A stretch of 64,000 bases of DNA from Callorhinchus milii. Lineage: Eukaryota. The notes below the pieces were generated by a model. It was not told the DNA's origin. It was given only the letters and a program-made list of their open reading frames with translations, and did not search any database. Location: positions 54,066,001-54,130,000 of the forward strand of contig NW_024704743.1 of NCBI RefSeq assembly GCF_018977255.1, written 5' to 3'. The translations under genes and the position numbers were made by a program. Positions within the stretch are counted from its first letter, which is position 1. Each line of letters starts with the position of its first letter. This document shows, piece after piece, positions 39,901 through 54,900 of this stretch.

Positions 39901-42900
39901 CATAAAGGTGTCAAAATTCAAGAAGCAACCTTGATGGAGCTGAAAGGCTTTTCAGACTTCCATATTTAATCCGTCTTTATTTTTCAAAAAGAGAGACGGA
40001 TCATCACTATACAGGGTTTTATATCTCTACATGCAGCCCTCTGACTACAATCATAAATATGGAGCTTCCCGCACATAATAGTCAACACCTACTGCCTTAA
40101 AAACTTCTATCTAAGGCTTCCTTACCTCGTCTCCTCAATTATAATTTCATCTTCTTGTGCACATTAAGATGTATTCAGCTTCCCTTAAAGTCAATATTGT
40201 TTTACATTTAAATGTGCCAGCTAAGTAAATAATAATCCTTGCATTTAACATGTCTTACCATGTCTTCTATATGTCTCAAACACTTCACAGAATATAGTGA
40301 ATTGACTGCATATTTTGTGGCTGAAATGCAGCAGTCAATTGCACGCAGCAGTGTCCCACAAACAGTCGTGGATTGAGTGACCAAATTATTAGATAATGCG
40401 TTATATGGTGACATCCCTGATTTTCAAGGAACACCTGTTAGAATACACCTGGTTGCCATGGGAAAAGGACGTCAGGTAGAAGAGTCAAATACAGTTACCA
40501 GTCATAGTAACCACTCAATTTATCAGTATGAAACCGTGGTAAGTTTCACAGTAATTGCCCCGCTCAGATCATCCTACTCATTTGCTGATAATTAGGTTCC
40601 CACCCTCCACATTTCAATGAAAACTCAAAAAACACTGGTTAATCCTTAAAATTGTTTTTGGACTATCAATCCTATAGCCTTTGACAGGTCTGTCTCGTCA
40701 GAGCTTGCTCAACTAGCTATCTCAACTCCATGCAGATCTCACTTACATCAGGATACCATTTGAAATGGTTTCTTTTTAGACCCCAATCAGGTAAATGAAG
40801 CTAGCAAATTAAATAAAATAAATAACCAATTCCAAATCCTACCTTGTTACTCCAGTAGAATCTTTGATCAATAGAGATTATAAAACATTTCTTTGTCTAT
40901 TTACGCCGAATCCATTCTACTTATCTTACAACTAATGATCATTCTAAGTCTACTCTTGGTGTTACTGGTGGATTCGCCGAAAATAATATTAAAAGGACTG
41001 GATGAAATTTGTCAAACGCTAAGAAAATATATTGATTGCACATTATACAAAGCATTTTTGTCATTCAAGATGGCATATCTGTTGACACTTGAAAAAAACA
41101 TAAAATAAGCAGTGCACAAACAGGAATGTCTCCATAGCAGCAGGCAGCTATTGCATTGTAAGAAATATGACTCCTGACACAGTGACAGAGTGAGAAAACC
41201 AAATTCAAAACCTTTTCTCAAACTAATCACAGAATTTACAAATAATGGTTGCTTATGTTTGTTTTAAGATCAATCCCTATTTTCTATTCCAATCAAAGAT
41301 TGTTGGATTTATTCTCGGAAGTAGATAATAGCATGATTTGCAGTGTTTTTTTAATGCCGGCAACTTGCTGCTTTGATTTTGGTCAGCACTAGGTCAGAAA
41401 ATGAAGGGCAATTTCAGGAATAAACAAGTTCTCAGTCCTAATCTTTCAATAGAGATCTAACATATAAGTCGTTTTGTGCTGGCGGTACTGTAAAGGCCTA
41501 ATAAAAGACACTTATGCAAAGCCAATCTGTTTGCCATGTACCATTACCCCATAGATCACTAGGTATTGGAAATTCTTTGGTGCCAATTATTTGTAGGAAT
41601 AAAGGATGGAAGGAGTGAGGCGTGACCTTCACATCTATCAATCTATCACTTGTTGTGCTTATATTTTATTTCAACTAATGGTGAAGTATTCAGATCTGAG
41701 AACAGTGAGCTCAGTGAGCTCAGATCAAGGTGGCTTTATGTTACACTGAAACTATGTGCCTCAAACTGAAAGAAGGATTTTAAAACTTAAATTCTAATAT
41801 TATTTGGTCTACATGTGGCTTTTAGAAGAAAAACAAGCAGCTGCCAAGATTCATGAGCTTTAGTTAAACAACAAATCACTTCGATGGGTGAAGTCACAAA
41901 TTTGACCTAATCTCTTCAAGAATTCTGAAGGGACACAAGGCTTCGGTTCTTTGAGGATAGATATCCTAATAGTAATACTGATAAATCCCAACTCTCCATT
42001 TCCAGCAACCAATTTGTGCACAGCCATGCCCTACAAACAGCAGTGAAATGAAAGCCCTTTCTCTCATTGAGCAATGTGGCACTGATTGCTGTTGGAGCAT
42101 CCCCTGCTGCTGCCAAGCTGGACAAGAAGGTCTAAGACAACTCGATCCTACCTGCACTGATGCAAGAGGCTCCTTCCAATGCCCGCTAAATATATTATTG
42201 TCCAGTGGCCGCATTCACAAATGTATTCTTTGCCTTGCGTAGGGGCACCAACAGATGCAAAAGAATTGGGTTTCTTATGTCTTACTTGATCATGCTATGG
42301 AACTTTCTATAGTGCTCAACTTGTTTTTTTTATAAAGAAAAGAATTTCAGGCCCCAGAAGCTGGATGGCACCAGTTAATATTCCAGTGCCCTCCTCGCCT
42401 GTTTCTCCAGCTCCACTATCCACAAAATCCAACTAATTCAGAACTCCACTGTCCGTACGCTCACCCACTCTAAATTCGGTACCCCATCATACCAGTCCTC
42501 ATCTGGCTGCACTCGCTCAATAACAGAAAAGATCAACTTAAAGATCCTCACAATTGTCTACAATTCCCTTCACACCCTGGCACCTCCCTACCTTTCCAAC
42601 CTGCTTACTCCCCACCCTCCGCTCGGCTGGCTCCGGCCTCTTGCTTGTCCCTCATCCCTTCCATTCCATCATTTGCGGCCGTGCTTTCAGCCACTATGCT
42701 TCAAAACTTTGGAACTCTCTCCCTTAATCCCTCTGCCTTGCCCCCTCCTTCCCCTTTTTCAGATCATGCCTGAAGACCTTCCTCTCCGACAATACTTACA
42801 GTCACTTCCTCCCTCCCACTGGCTCCTCGTCAAGCTCCACCACATTAAGCACTCTGAGATAGTACCCTGTGTAAAGGGCGCTTTATAAAATCAAGTCATG

Positions 42901-45900
42901 GTTGTTGTTCCATTACCAAAATCATGAAGCACAGTGACCATAGTATTATTAGATTTAGATTACTCATGAACAGGGACAAAGTACAGTCAAGGGTGAAAAT
43001 GCTTGACTGGAAAAGGGCTAATTTTGATGGGCTAAAAAGGGACCTAGTGTTGGTGGACTGCCAAGTAAGACTAGCAGGTAAAACGACTCATGAACAATGG
43101 GAGATCTTCAAAGATATGATAGCTCAAGGTCTAAATAGATATATTCTCACAAACGGGAAATGTGCGACAACCAAGCCAGCCTGGATGACCAGGGGTATTC
43201 TGTCGAGGATGAAAAAGAAGAAGACGGCGTACGACAATTGGAAGACGCAAGATACTGAGGATAGCAAAGCGCATTATAGAGAATGCAGGTGATCTTAAAA
43301 GAGTGATAAGACAGGCTAAAAGATCGCATGAGAAGAGGTTAGCGGGTAACATAAAGGGGAATCCTAAAATATTTTACAAGCACATAAAGGAAAAAAGATT
43401 AGTTAAAGGTAGGGTGGGGCCAATCAAAGACAATGACGGCAATCTTGTTGTGGAGGCAGAGGGCCTGGCTGATATACTGAACGAGTACTTTGCATCTGTC
43501 TTTACAACGGAAATGGATGCCCCAAATGCCGCAGTATTGGATGAGAGGGTAGAGGAAATAGATCAGATTACTATAGACAGAGAGGAAGTTCTGAAAAGAT
43601 TGACTGGGCTCAAAATTGATAAGTCACCAGGACCAGATGGGTTTCACCCAAGGTTGCTGTGGGAGATACGGGTTCAAATAGCGGAGGCTTTGGCCATTAT
43701 ATTTCAATCTTCATTGGACACAGGAGTGGTGCCAAGAGACTGGAGAGTGGCTAATGTTACCCCCCTCTACAAAAAGGGGCAGAAAGACAAACACGGAAAT
43801 TACAGGCCAGTCAGCCTAACTCTGATAATAGGAAAACTAATGGAGACCATAATCCGGTACAGAATAAATCTCTACTGAGAGGAACATGAGGTAATTAGAG
43901 ACAGCAAACATGGATTTGTTAAAGGCAAATTTTGCCTAAAAATCTAATATAATGTTTTGAAGAGGTGACTGCGAGGGTTAATGAGGGAAATGCGATGGAC
44001 GTTATTTACATGGATTTCAGAAAGGCTTTTGACACAGTACCGCATAAGAGATTAATACAAAAATTAGAGGCCCACGGTATTAAGGGGACAGTGGCAGTTT
44101 GGATTAAGAACTGGCTGAGTGACAGAAAGCAGAGGGTGGTGGTTAATGGGTGTTTCTCGAAATGGAAGGAGGTGTGCAGCGGTGTCCCCCAGGGATCAGT
44201 ATTGGGACCACTGCTCTTTCTAATATATATTAATGATCTGGAGAGAGCACTATTTCCAAGTTTGCAGATGATACAAAGTTAGATAGGGGAGTAAATAGTG
44301 AGGAGGACTGTAACCAACTGCAAGCAGACATACACAGAATGGTGGAATGGGCTGACATGTGGCAGATGGATTTCAATGTGGATAAGTGTGAGGTGATACA
44401 CTTAGGTAGGAAAAATGATAGGAGGAAATATAGACTTGGTAGCTCAATCTTAAGGGGGGTGAACGTACAGAGAGATCTGGGTGTTCAAGTAAGCGAATCA
44501 TTAAAGGTAGCGGGGTAGGTAGATAAGGCAGTAAAAAAGGCATTTGGTGTACTGAGCTTTATTAGTAGGAGCATGCAGTATAAGAGTAGGGAGGTTGCGG
44601 TTAATCTATACAAAACACTGGTTAGGCCTCAGCTGGAGTACTGTGTCCAATCCTGGGCACCTTACTTCAGGAAGGACATTAAGGCACTGGAAAGGGTACA
44701 GAGGAGATTCACGAGAATGATACCAGGAATGGGGAGCCTTAGCTATGAGGACAGGCTGGAGAAGTTAGGACTTTTCCGATTAGAGCAGAGAAGGTTACGC
44801 GGGGACCTGATAGAGGTCTTCAAGATCATGAAAGGTTTCGACAGGCTAGATAAGGAAAAGCTGTTTCTGCTGGTAGGTGTGTCGGTGACCCGTGGTCACA
44901 ATCTTAAGATATCTACCAAAAGAAGCAGAGGGGAGGTTAGAAGAATTTTTTTCACTCAGCGAGTTGTTTGAATTTGGAATGATCTGCCCGAAAGGGCAGT
45001 GAAGTCCGATTTGATAACAGCTTTTAAGAGAGAACTGGATAGGTATCTGGGGAAGACGGGTTTTCAGGGTTATGGGGAGAAAGCTGGTGATTGGGGTTAG
45101 TGAAAGTGACTTGCCTGTCAAAGAGCCGGCACAGACTTGATGGGCCGAATGGCCTCCTTCTGTGCTGTAACATTCTATGAATCTATGAATAAATAGCCTC
45201 AAATAAATACATTAGAATACATTAGAATATACAGCACAGAAACAAGCAATTTTGCCCCAACTGGTCTATACCGGTGTTTATGCTCCACATGAGCCTCCTC
45301 CTGCCCTTCCTCAATTAAGCCTTCAAGCATAACCTTCTATTCCTTTCTCCCTCATGTACCTATCTAGCTTCCCCTTAAATACATCTGTGCTATTTGCCTC
45401 AATAACTCCTTGTGGTAGCATGTTCCACATTCCCACTACTCTCTGTGTGAAGAAATTTCTTCTAACTTCCCTATTCGATCTATTTTTGACTATTTTAACA
45501 TAAGAACATAAGAATTAGGAGCAGGAGTAGGCCATTCGGCCCTTCGTGCCTGCTCCGCCATTCAATAAGATCATGGCTGATCTTCTCACCTAACTTTGAT
45601 TACCTGCCCTATCCCCATATCCCCTAATCCCTCTATTTTTCAAGAATCTATCAGTCTCAGCCTTGAAAATGTTCAAGGACTGAGCATCTACAGCCTTCTG
45701 GGGTAGTGAATTCCATAAGTTCATTATCCTCTGAGTGAAAAAATGTTTCCTCAACTCTGTTTTAAGAGGCTGACCCTTTTCTATTGATGGCCTCTGGTTT
45801 TGGTCTCCCCCACAAGTGGAAACATCTTCCCTATGTCTACCCTATCAAAACCATTCATCATTTTAAAGATCTCTATCAGATCCTCCTTATCCTCCTCTTT

Positions 45901-48900
45901 TCAAGAGAAAAAGTTTTGAAGAATAGTGGCTCCTCCCTCATCTTTACGTGGAGTTCTGTAGCTCAGTGGTTAGAGCACTCGCTTTGCAAGTGAGAGACCT
46001 GAGTTCAATTCCAGGCAGAGGGCGAAACCTTGGGCAAGTTTCCTTACTCCACACAGAGCCTAATAATAATCCCTCCAAAAAAAAAACAATAATAAATTGG
46101 TAATTTTCAATTCACGACTGTTTGTGGGACACTGCTGTGCGCAATTGGCTGTCACGTTTGCCCACAAATATACAGTCAATTCACTTTACAGTATATTCTG
46201 TGAAGCGCTTTGGGACGTCTCAAAGATGTGAAAAGCGCTATATCAAATGCAACGATTATTATTATTATTAAGAGTCCAAGCATGTTCAGACTTTCCTGAT
46301 AGGTATAAACTCTCAGTTCAGAGATCATTCTTGCGAATCTCCTTTGCACCCTCTCCAGTGCCTCTACATCCCTTCTATAATTTGGGGACCAGAACTGCAC
46401 ACAGCATTCTAAGTGTGGTATTAAATGATATTAATATTATTAAATGATTTGAGTCAATTGCTAAGTAAGAACTAAATAAGAACTATATTTTCTAAAGCCT
46501 TTTGCTTTCACCTATATCCATTACCAAAAACAAAACTTTCATTTTACCATGCTGTTATAATCCAAAGGGTCATAGGTGCTTTCCTTGAAAATCTTGCAGT
46601 ATTCTAGAAATTCATTGTTCATCGTAGAGATCTGATCACTTAGTATCTTTCCCTTTATTCCACCAAACTCCAGCTTTTCCAGTTTTTGGAATTCCAGTGT
46701 GGTAACAAACAAGTCCTGTAATAAAAATAAAAAGCATCACAATGTATTTCATGTCGTTAAAATGAAACGCAAATATAATAATAATCTTTGTGTTTGATAT
46801 AGCAAATTTCACATTGGAAGGATGTTACAGAATTTATTGTAAATTGTAAATTGACTGTGTATATTTTGCAGTCAAACGTGGCGAGCAATTTGTGCACAGT
46901 GATGTCCCACAAACAGCTGTGAAGTGAAAGATCATTTCTGGTGGATTGTTGGCCAGGACACCGGGAGACATCCTCTTGTAATGAATGAGTTTTGCTGCAT
47001 GGAAGTAGGGAGGACTTATCCACAAACAATATATTTACAGACCAATTGGGAATAGAATTTTCACACCTAAAAAGATCTGTAAAGTCATTGACGACTGGAG
47101 AATAACTTCCCTCTTTGACTCTGACATAAATAACCTTGAAAAGAATCTACCACATGCTGATTTTAGATCATACTTTTTTTTTCTGAATATCAGTAGGCCA
47201 GCGTACAAACTACTGAGAGACAGAATATTGCTACTTACCTCAATCTGTATTTGGCGGTCAAGAAATCTGTCAAACCGCATAAATACCATTTGTAACGGGA
47301 AGTCCCAGGATTTGATATCTTGCTGTTTTTTGTAGTAATTTCCGAGCTTTTCTTTGTGCTTCAAAAAACAATCTTTGTAATTCTTGAAGATTTTAATAGA
47401 TATCTGAACGTGTTCTAGGGACTCTTCCATCTCTGCATTCAGAATATCTTCAGGCGACAGATACGTTCTAGCCTAGAATTAAGCACATATTTAATAACAG
47501 GGAAATTTTTGAATATACACTGTTATACTCCAAAAGAACGTAGATCAATAGCAGCCGCTTAGATGTTGTAAACTGCAACAAATGTTCAACACATCTTCAT
47601 TTCTGTTCATAGAAGTTTGATCTCAAACAATTCCAAAATGGCAATAATAATAATCCTTACATTTGATATAACACCTTTCACACTGAGAGGCTGTCTCAAA
47701 GCCCTTCAAAGGATATAACATAAAGTGCAGTGACTGTGTGTATTTTGTAGGTGAATGCGGCAGTCGCAAACAACTATGGAGTGAATGACCAACTTTATCT
47801 GGATGATTGTTGGCCAGGGCACTGGGAGAAACTCCCATCTCTTTTCCAATGGTGCTATGAGATCTTTAGCATCCACCTGAATAGGAAGATTCTGATGTGA
47901 AAGACACTATATCAAATGCAAGCATCATTAACGAAACTGTATTTACTGTACAGTGTAGTGAAAGTGTATTTGTAAGTGATTGTGGCAGCCAATTTGCACA
48001 CAGCATTGTTCCCCAAACAGACATGAAGTGAATAAACAATTATAGAGAACTATTGTCCAGGACTTGGTTCCCTTTTCAAACAGTGCCATGGGATCTTTAA
48101 TGTCTACCTGAACTGGCAGACAAAATCTCAGTTCAACATTTCATCCAAAAGATGGCACCTCCAACAATGCAGTGCTTGGAATGTCAGGCTCCTAGACTAT
48201 GATTTTAAAGTCCTGAATTGGGGCTTAAACCCAAAATACTTCTCACTTAAAGGCAAGGGTTGTATCCACTGAGCGAATGCTGACATCTATGCAAATTACC
48301 TATGCAAATATCCAGGAAATTAGTTTGGGAATAGAATTTATAAACCACTTGACATATAAATTGAGCCATCTAACAATGCATTTGATGTAAACAAAGGCAT
48401 GAAAGCTTATTGTTTGACTATAACTAATTGGCATCTTTCTTCTTAGCTCAATCTGTAACTTGATAAAATAATAATCCTTCTCCATTTTCAAAGGAGAAAA
48501 GCAGAGACTTGCCCAATGCTGAACATCTATAATGCTCTTCAGTTAATAATGGATGTTTCTAAATCTTATTACAACAAACATGGAGACATGGTGTGCTGGA
48601 AGCAACACTAGTTGGTAAAATGTCCTTCACTTATTACCTGTTCGATTAACAAGTTGCAGAACTCTTGAAGGATGACTATGATGCGAGCAGGAACGCAGTA
48701 ATATTGGGAGTGGCTCCAGATGAGGCAGATGGTGTGAAAGAGAGCCGGTATGAAGACAAGAAGCTTTGAAAATTCCGTATCTTGCATTATATTAACATGA
48801 CGCTGCAGTGGTCGGAGATGTAGCTCAATGTCTTGGGCCTCAACTAGAGCTTAAAGAGGAAACAACAACAATGCTACAAAGTGCAAGATTAATATTACTG

Positions 48901-51900
48901 CATTGAGAAAAGCAATTTAGAGTGTGTGGCTCTATTATTTTGTTAACTTTATCCTCAGCAAAACTAGGATACAGGGTGTGCAATGTTGAACCCATCAAAG
49001 TATGAGCATCACAAACATGCGTGAGTTAAAAGTGCGACTCAGAAGGTGATTTACGGAAAAAAGCATTTCTATTTACTCCACACATTAAAACAGCATCCAA
49101 AGATTAAGGGCATTTTAAAATGTTTTCATTAAAGAACATTGCTTGTGATGAATATACTTGCGACTGGAGTTAAAAAAGTACTTGAACAATGCAGCTGCCA
49201 TAAAAGGCATTGCAAAATAACCTGACTTTCTCTACTGACCCACATTACACCAACTGGTGAGATCATGGCTCTGAGGAAATTATTTTAAATCGGTCAATAC
49301 AAAGTCCAGAGGATTTCCTTGCAGAAAATGCAGTTTCCCAGTCTGTCCTGGCTGCACTTCAAAGGATTAACTCTGTGGCCAAATGGTCCACTTGCAAGAA
49401 GAGGTTTTTTTGTGTGAACTCCACACACCTCAAAATGATTTTTGATTTTTCAAACTTGAATGGTTTCTTTTGATAAGAGGACACTTGTTTGTGTATGTTC
49501 CTCACCAAGTGCATTTGTACATTTTTGTATTTAAATGTACTAACGTGGGCACATAATGGAATTGAAGTGGTGTGACACATTGGCCCAGAATGGCTCCCAT
49601 ATTAGTCGTACTAGCAAGAATTGATCACAACAACTTGCATTTATATAGTGCCCTTCACACAGTACAATGTCTCGGAGAACTTGACAAAGGTAGTGTCTAA
49701 GGTGGAACGGAGAGAGGGGAATAGCGGAAAGGGGAGATTACCACAGCCATGGTTAAAGGTTTGAGAAATTAGACAAATAGAGAGGGTGTAACATTCATTG
49801 GTAGAAGGAGTACATTCCAGAGGTTAGCACCGTGGAATCTGAAGGCTGAGACATGGCAGTGGAACTGAGATGGCAAAGTACATGCAACAAGCTCAAGTTA
49901 GCTAGCGGAGCGCAGGGACGTGGGCAGGAGATCAGAGATTAGTTGTACCATAGAACCTGACACTGCAATAGAATAGCTACAAACTATCTACAGCTTCAAT
50001 CAATGTCAGCCAGAGAGCATCAGAGTTAACCAGCCACCACAGCAGACTTTCAGCCTCAACACAGCGGAACATTTTGCTTTGCTCAGTACCACTCCCGGTC
50101 ACATTAATTTTCAGTGACATTTCCACAGCGGTGGTTGAGCTGATTTGCCAGGCACTACCTACCATCTCTCACATCTTGCAAAGTCTCTTTGAAGGTAGGA
50201 AAGTAGCTGCTTTCCGTTTTCTCCAGAATTTTAGCCATTTTTTGAACAACTGGAGTCTCAAGCTGGAAGAAAGAGAAACAAAAAAATTCAGTGCAAACTC
50301 CATTATCCTCTTTCCTCGTGGGGTGGGTTGGGGTGGCGGGGGAGAGGGTATTGAGGAAATCGATGGACATACAGTAAGTAGTTGTTTTTGAGGGGGAAAA
50401 AAACGACACCAAAAAAATGAGATCAAACAAGAAACAAGGAAACACGATGGATAACATGGCACTTGGGATCAGCACAAGGAGAATAAAGAACACAACTGAT
50501 GCAATAACAACCACTGCTTGCGTTTATACAGCGCCCTTCACTCACGAAAGCATCTCAGAGTGCTCAATGCAGAGAGTGGAGAGAATTTGGATGCCACTGC
50601 TGGAAGCTGTGGTTGAATCAAAAGGCACCAATGTATTTAAAAGGAAACTTGAAGCATACATGAGAGGGGAATACCGCCATACTAATGTTTTAAGAAAATA
50701 TTGATTACTGTTACGCAGGAATTTTTGTACTGACTCGAGGATAACAAATTGTCCTGTATCCAGGGGTGGGGGTTGTATTCGCGAACTGTCTTTAGTAATG
50801 GATTGGATATTGTGATATTAGCAGATTTGATACCGAGACATACAGAAACATTAACATTTTAACTGCAATGTTTTTTAGGCAACGCATTGGAACTCCTAGT
50901 ACCACACACCAATGAACTGTGCATCAATTCAACTCTAACATGCACCACTTCACAGAAGCCACGTTCAGGCTCCCGCTGTGCATCTGCACAGCACAGAGGT
51001 TCTGACATCAAGTGGTGCCTCACTACACCCAATAGCACAATGTAGCATTGTACTGCATGAATAAGCTTTCGAGATTAAATGTTCTTGCTTTATATCAGCT
51101 CAGTTTTATTTGGAAAGATGACAAAATTGTATTTGTACTAGGCTTGACTGGAGAATCTACGGTACCGTAACAAATCTTCCACTATCCGAATGATAAATTT
51201 CTATCACGTTCTAACACAAAGAGGATCGTCCTCTTATCAGCACATTTACAGGCCTCGCCAGCACGCACTTTGAATGGGAAACTTCATGTTTGCTCAATGC
51301 CAAGTGCAGTAATTGTAATGCATTACCACCGATAGTTGTGGTGGTGATGTCCCTTCTCCCCCACATCCGCGCTATGACCGGCACTGCCTACCCCCACCTC
51401 TGCAACATTGCCAGACTCTGACACTGCCTCACCCCTCAGGCTGCCGAAACCCTTACCCACGCGTCCATCACCTCAAGGCTTGATTACGGGAACTCCCTCC
51501 TCATCGGCCTTCCCAACTCTTTCCTTCACAAGCTGCAGATCATCCAAAACTCTGCAACTCATGTATTCTCACGCACCAGGCTCCGCGACCCCATCCCTCC
51601 CACCCTCACCCGACTCCACTGGCTCCCCATCGCCCAGAGGATTGAGTTCAAGATCCTTGTCCTCACTTTCAAGGCCATCCATGGCCTTGCCTCCTCCTAC
51701 CTCTCTGACCTACTGACTCCCTACCAACCTGCCCGCTCCCTCCATTCAGTGGCCTCCGGTCTGCTCCATGTCTCCCACCCGACCCGCCCTAACATCGGTG
51801 GCCGGGCTTTCAGCCTCTCTGCCCCCACACTCTGGAACTCCATCCCACGGTCCCTTCGCCTCGCTCCCTCCCTTGCCTCCTTCAAAGCCGGTCTCAAGAG

Positions 51901-54900
51901 CCTTCTCTTCGATCATGCTTTTGGTCTCCCTCCTACCTCTCTGCCTTCCCTCGACCCTACACCACCCCTCCCCCATGCTCGGGCCCCGACACCCGACTGG
52001 TCAGTGCTTTGGGACTCTCTATGAAAGGCACTCTATAAATGTAATTTTGTTGTTGTTGTTCCTTGTCTCTAGGGGTAACATCCCATCCCCTGCTATTCAG
52101 GAAAATGTATTTAGAGATGTGAATAATAAAAACATTGCTATTCATATTTCTTCTCCCCTACCCACTCCAGGTATAATAACCCCAACCGTCACACACTTCC
52201 AGTTCTTGGAAATCTTCTTCATTTGGGTCCATAATCATAAATATCTTGTTAGATCGGGGCACGGTACCAAAATCGCCATTGTGGTATCACTTCTTGTGCG
52301 CTGCGAGTGTGGGGTGTGCAACAAGCGTAGTTGATGACACAATGTTCTTTTGAACTGTAAATTTCTATGATGCCATGTCCTGTAAAATGGCCACTGCTCA
52401 TATTACTTTGTAGAAGCCAACTATCAACACACTCAAAATGGCTGACTTCCGGGAAGCAAGATTGCCGCTGTCTCTTCCTGCAAGCTGCGCGAATGCTTGC
52501 TGCACAGTTCACATATGCCCAGCATACAGGAATCAACATCGGTAGCAACCTGACAACCTGACAGTCAGTATTTTTAGCCTGCAGCAAACCAGTCAGTCTG
52601 TGACTGAAACCAACTACAGAGGGCATTTGCCTCATAAGCAAACCAGCCTTATAAACGAGCTACAGGAGTCCTGAAGCTCAGTAGTTAGAGCACTCGCCTT
52701 GCAAGCGAGAGACCTGGGTTCAATTCTTGGCAGGGCGAAATATGGACAAGTCATATTGTCTCTTTACCTAGCAGTAAGTAGGAACCCGGTTGTTAGTCGA
52801 TTAGTGGATCGCTTTTCCGGGGGAAATAATTCCTTCCAAAATATAATAATAATAAATTGATCACTTCAATCCACGACTGTTTGTGGGACATTGCGGTGCA
52901 TAATTGGCTGCCGCGCTTCGTTCACAAAATACACGGTCAATTCACTTTACAGTATACTCTGTGAAGTGCTTTGAAACGTCTCAAAGACATGATAAGGCCC
53001 TATATCAAATGCAAGGAATATTATTATTATAAAGGAACAACTTATAACTGATCCTTCTAGATTTAAAATGATAGTCAATTTAACCCACATACTAAAAACT
53101 AAGAAACCAATTCAGTTGAACTGGTAATTAGAAAATGAAAAGAAACTTCCATTTGTATTCTCAGACATTTCAAAGCAAAACTCAAAATACTGCAGATGCT
53201 GGAAATCTGAAACAAGAACAGAAGTCACTGGGAATACTCAGCAGGTCAGGCAACATCTATGGAGAAAGGAAAGTGAGTCAACATTTTGGTTCCACGACCC
53301 TTCGTCAGAACTCAAATTCAATTTCAAAGCACTTGATACAGTGCCTTTCACATTGAGAGGATGTCTCGAAACACTTCACAGGATTTTACTGTGAAGTAAA
53401 GTACATGTATTTTGTTGGCTTGGTTTTAACTCTCATTTGAAGGATGGCACCTTCACAATGCAGCACTCCCCCAGGACTGTATTGGAATGTCAGCCGAGAC
53501 TGCAAGATCAAAGTCGCTTGTGGGCTTGAACCCACCTGCCAACTCAGATGCAAGAATGCTGCTAATGGACCCAGGCTGACACCTCAAGTTAATAAGTATT
53601 CCTAGTTCTTTAGGAACAGGAAGAAGCCATGAGTGCATCAAGCCTATTCCACATGTTCATTACATCATGACATATCTTTTAAGCCCATATAATGTTTCTA
53701 TCGTTATTTATACCTGATCTAAAGTTTGTGAATAAAACCACATCATGTACCTTTTACTTGAAATGTATGCGTCTTCATTCCAGTGCCTCGGGTATTACTG
53801 TACCACAAGACTACAATTTAGGGACTCAATTACCTGCTAATTTCAATTATCCACATTAAAGCAGGGCAGTGTGAAGCCTCAGTTAATCAAAGTGCCACTG
53901 TAAAAAAGTTGGATTTCAAGCACGTGTTAACCTAAAACCGTCATGGCAACACAAATATATACTTCCTCAACTTTTAATAATTTTATATTTAAAACTAAAT
54001 AATTTCCAGCCTTTGCCTATGTCAGTGCCACACTCACTTGTTTGTTCACACACATCAGGTTTTCCTTCCTTGCCTTCCAGAAATCCAGTTCTGTCTTTGG
54101 CCCTGGGTTTAGTCCTTGGAGCAAAGGATCAGCAGAATCCTTCTTCAGCACTTCCCGAATCTGATGAGTCCATTTGATCACCATAGTCTCTATTGGATGA
54201 ATTATTGTCCGGTCATATCGACCTAGCCTGAAAAGGATCACACAGGAATAAAACAACCAAACACAATCTTTTCTCTAAGATAGAGGAGAATAGGCTTCAA
54301 ATCTTTTTCACGTGACATCTCCATGACATTTGATACTCATAGGGAAAACTGAACCAATTTGCCAAACCATACCCTTTATATATAGCTAACAATACAGATT
54401 TCACTTTACACTCAGGTTAGTCTGATACCGTTTAGTTCTTAAATGTCCTAAAGCTCACATTAGTCATAGTTAACTCAGGTCACTTATGTCTTAGTTATTT
54501 ATTAATTAATAAGGAGACGGCTATAATAATAATCCTTGCATTTTATATAGTGGCTTATTATGCCATTAAAATGTCTCAAATTGCCTCACAGGATTTTACT
54601 GTAGGTATTTGTGGCAGCCAATATGTGCACAGCAACATCCCACTAACCACTATGAGGTGAGTGACCAAACAGGAGAATGTTGACCGTGAACCAGGAAAAA
54701 CTCCCTTCTCTTTTCAGATAGTGCCATGGGAATCTTTAAAATCCATCCAGACAGGCAGATAGGACCTTGATTTAACATCTCTTCTGAACAGCACTTTCCC
54801 AGCTCTGCAATACAGTGTCAGCCTAGATTGTGAGTTTGAAAGTCCCAGTTAGGGGCTTGAACCTACAACCTTCTGACTCAGAGGCGAGAGTGCCACCAAC

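Noticed and set aside
42924..44971. Functional reverse transcriptase gene
   Set aside because: Broken by stops and frameshifts and 5'-truncated; a dead CR1 copy.
48979..49193. Possible degenerate inverted-repeat element
   Set aside because: Only two short imperfect matching blocks, too weak to call without computation.
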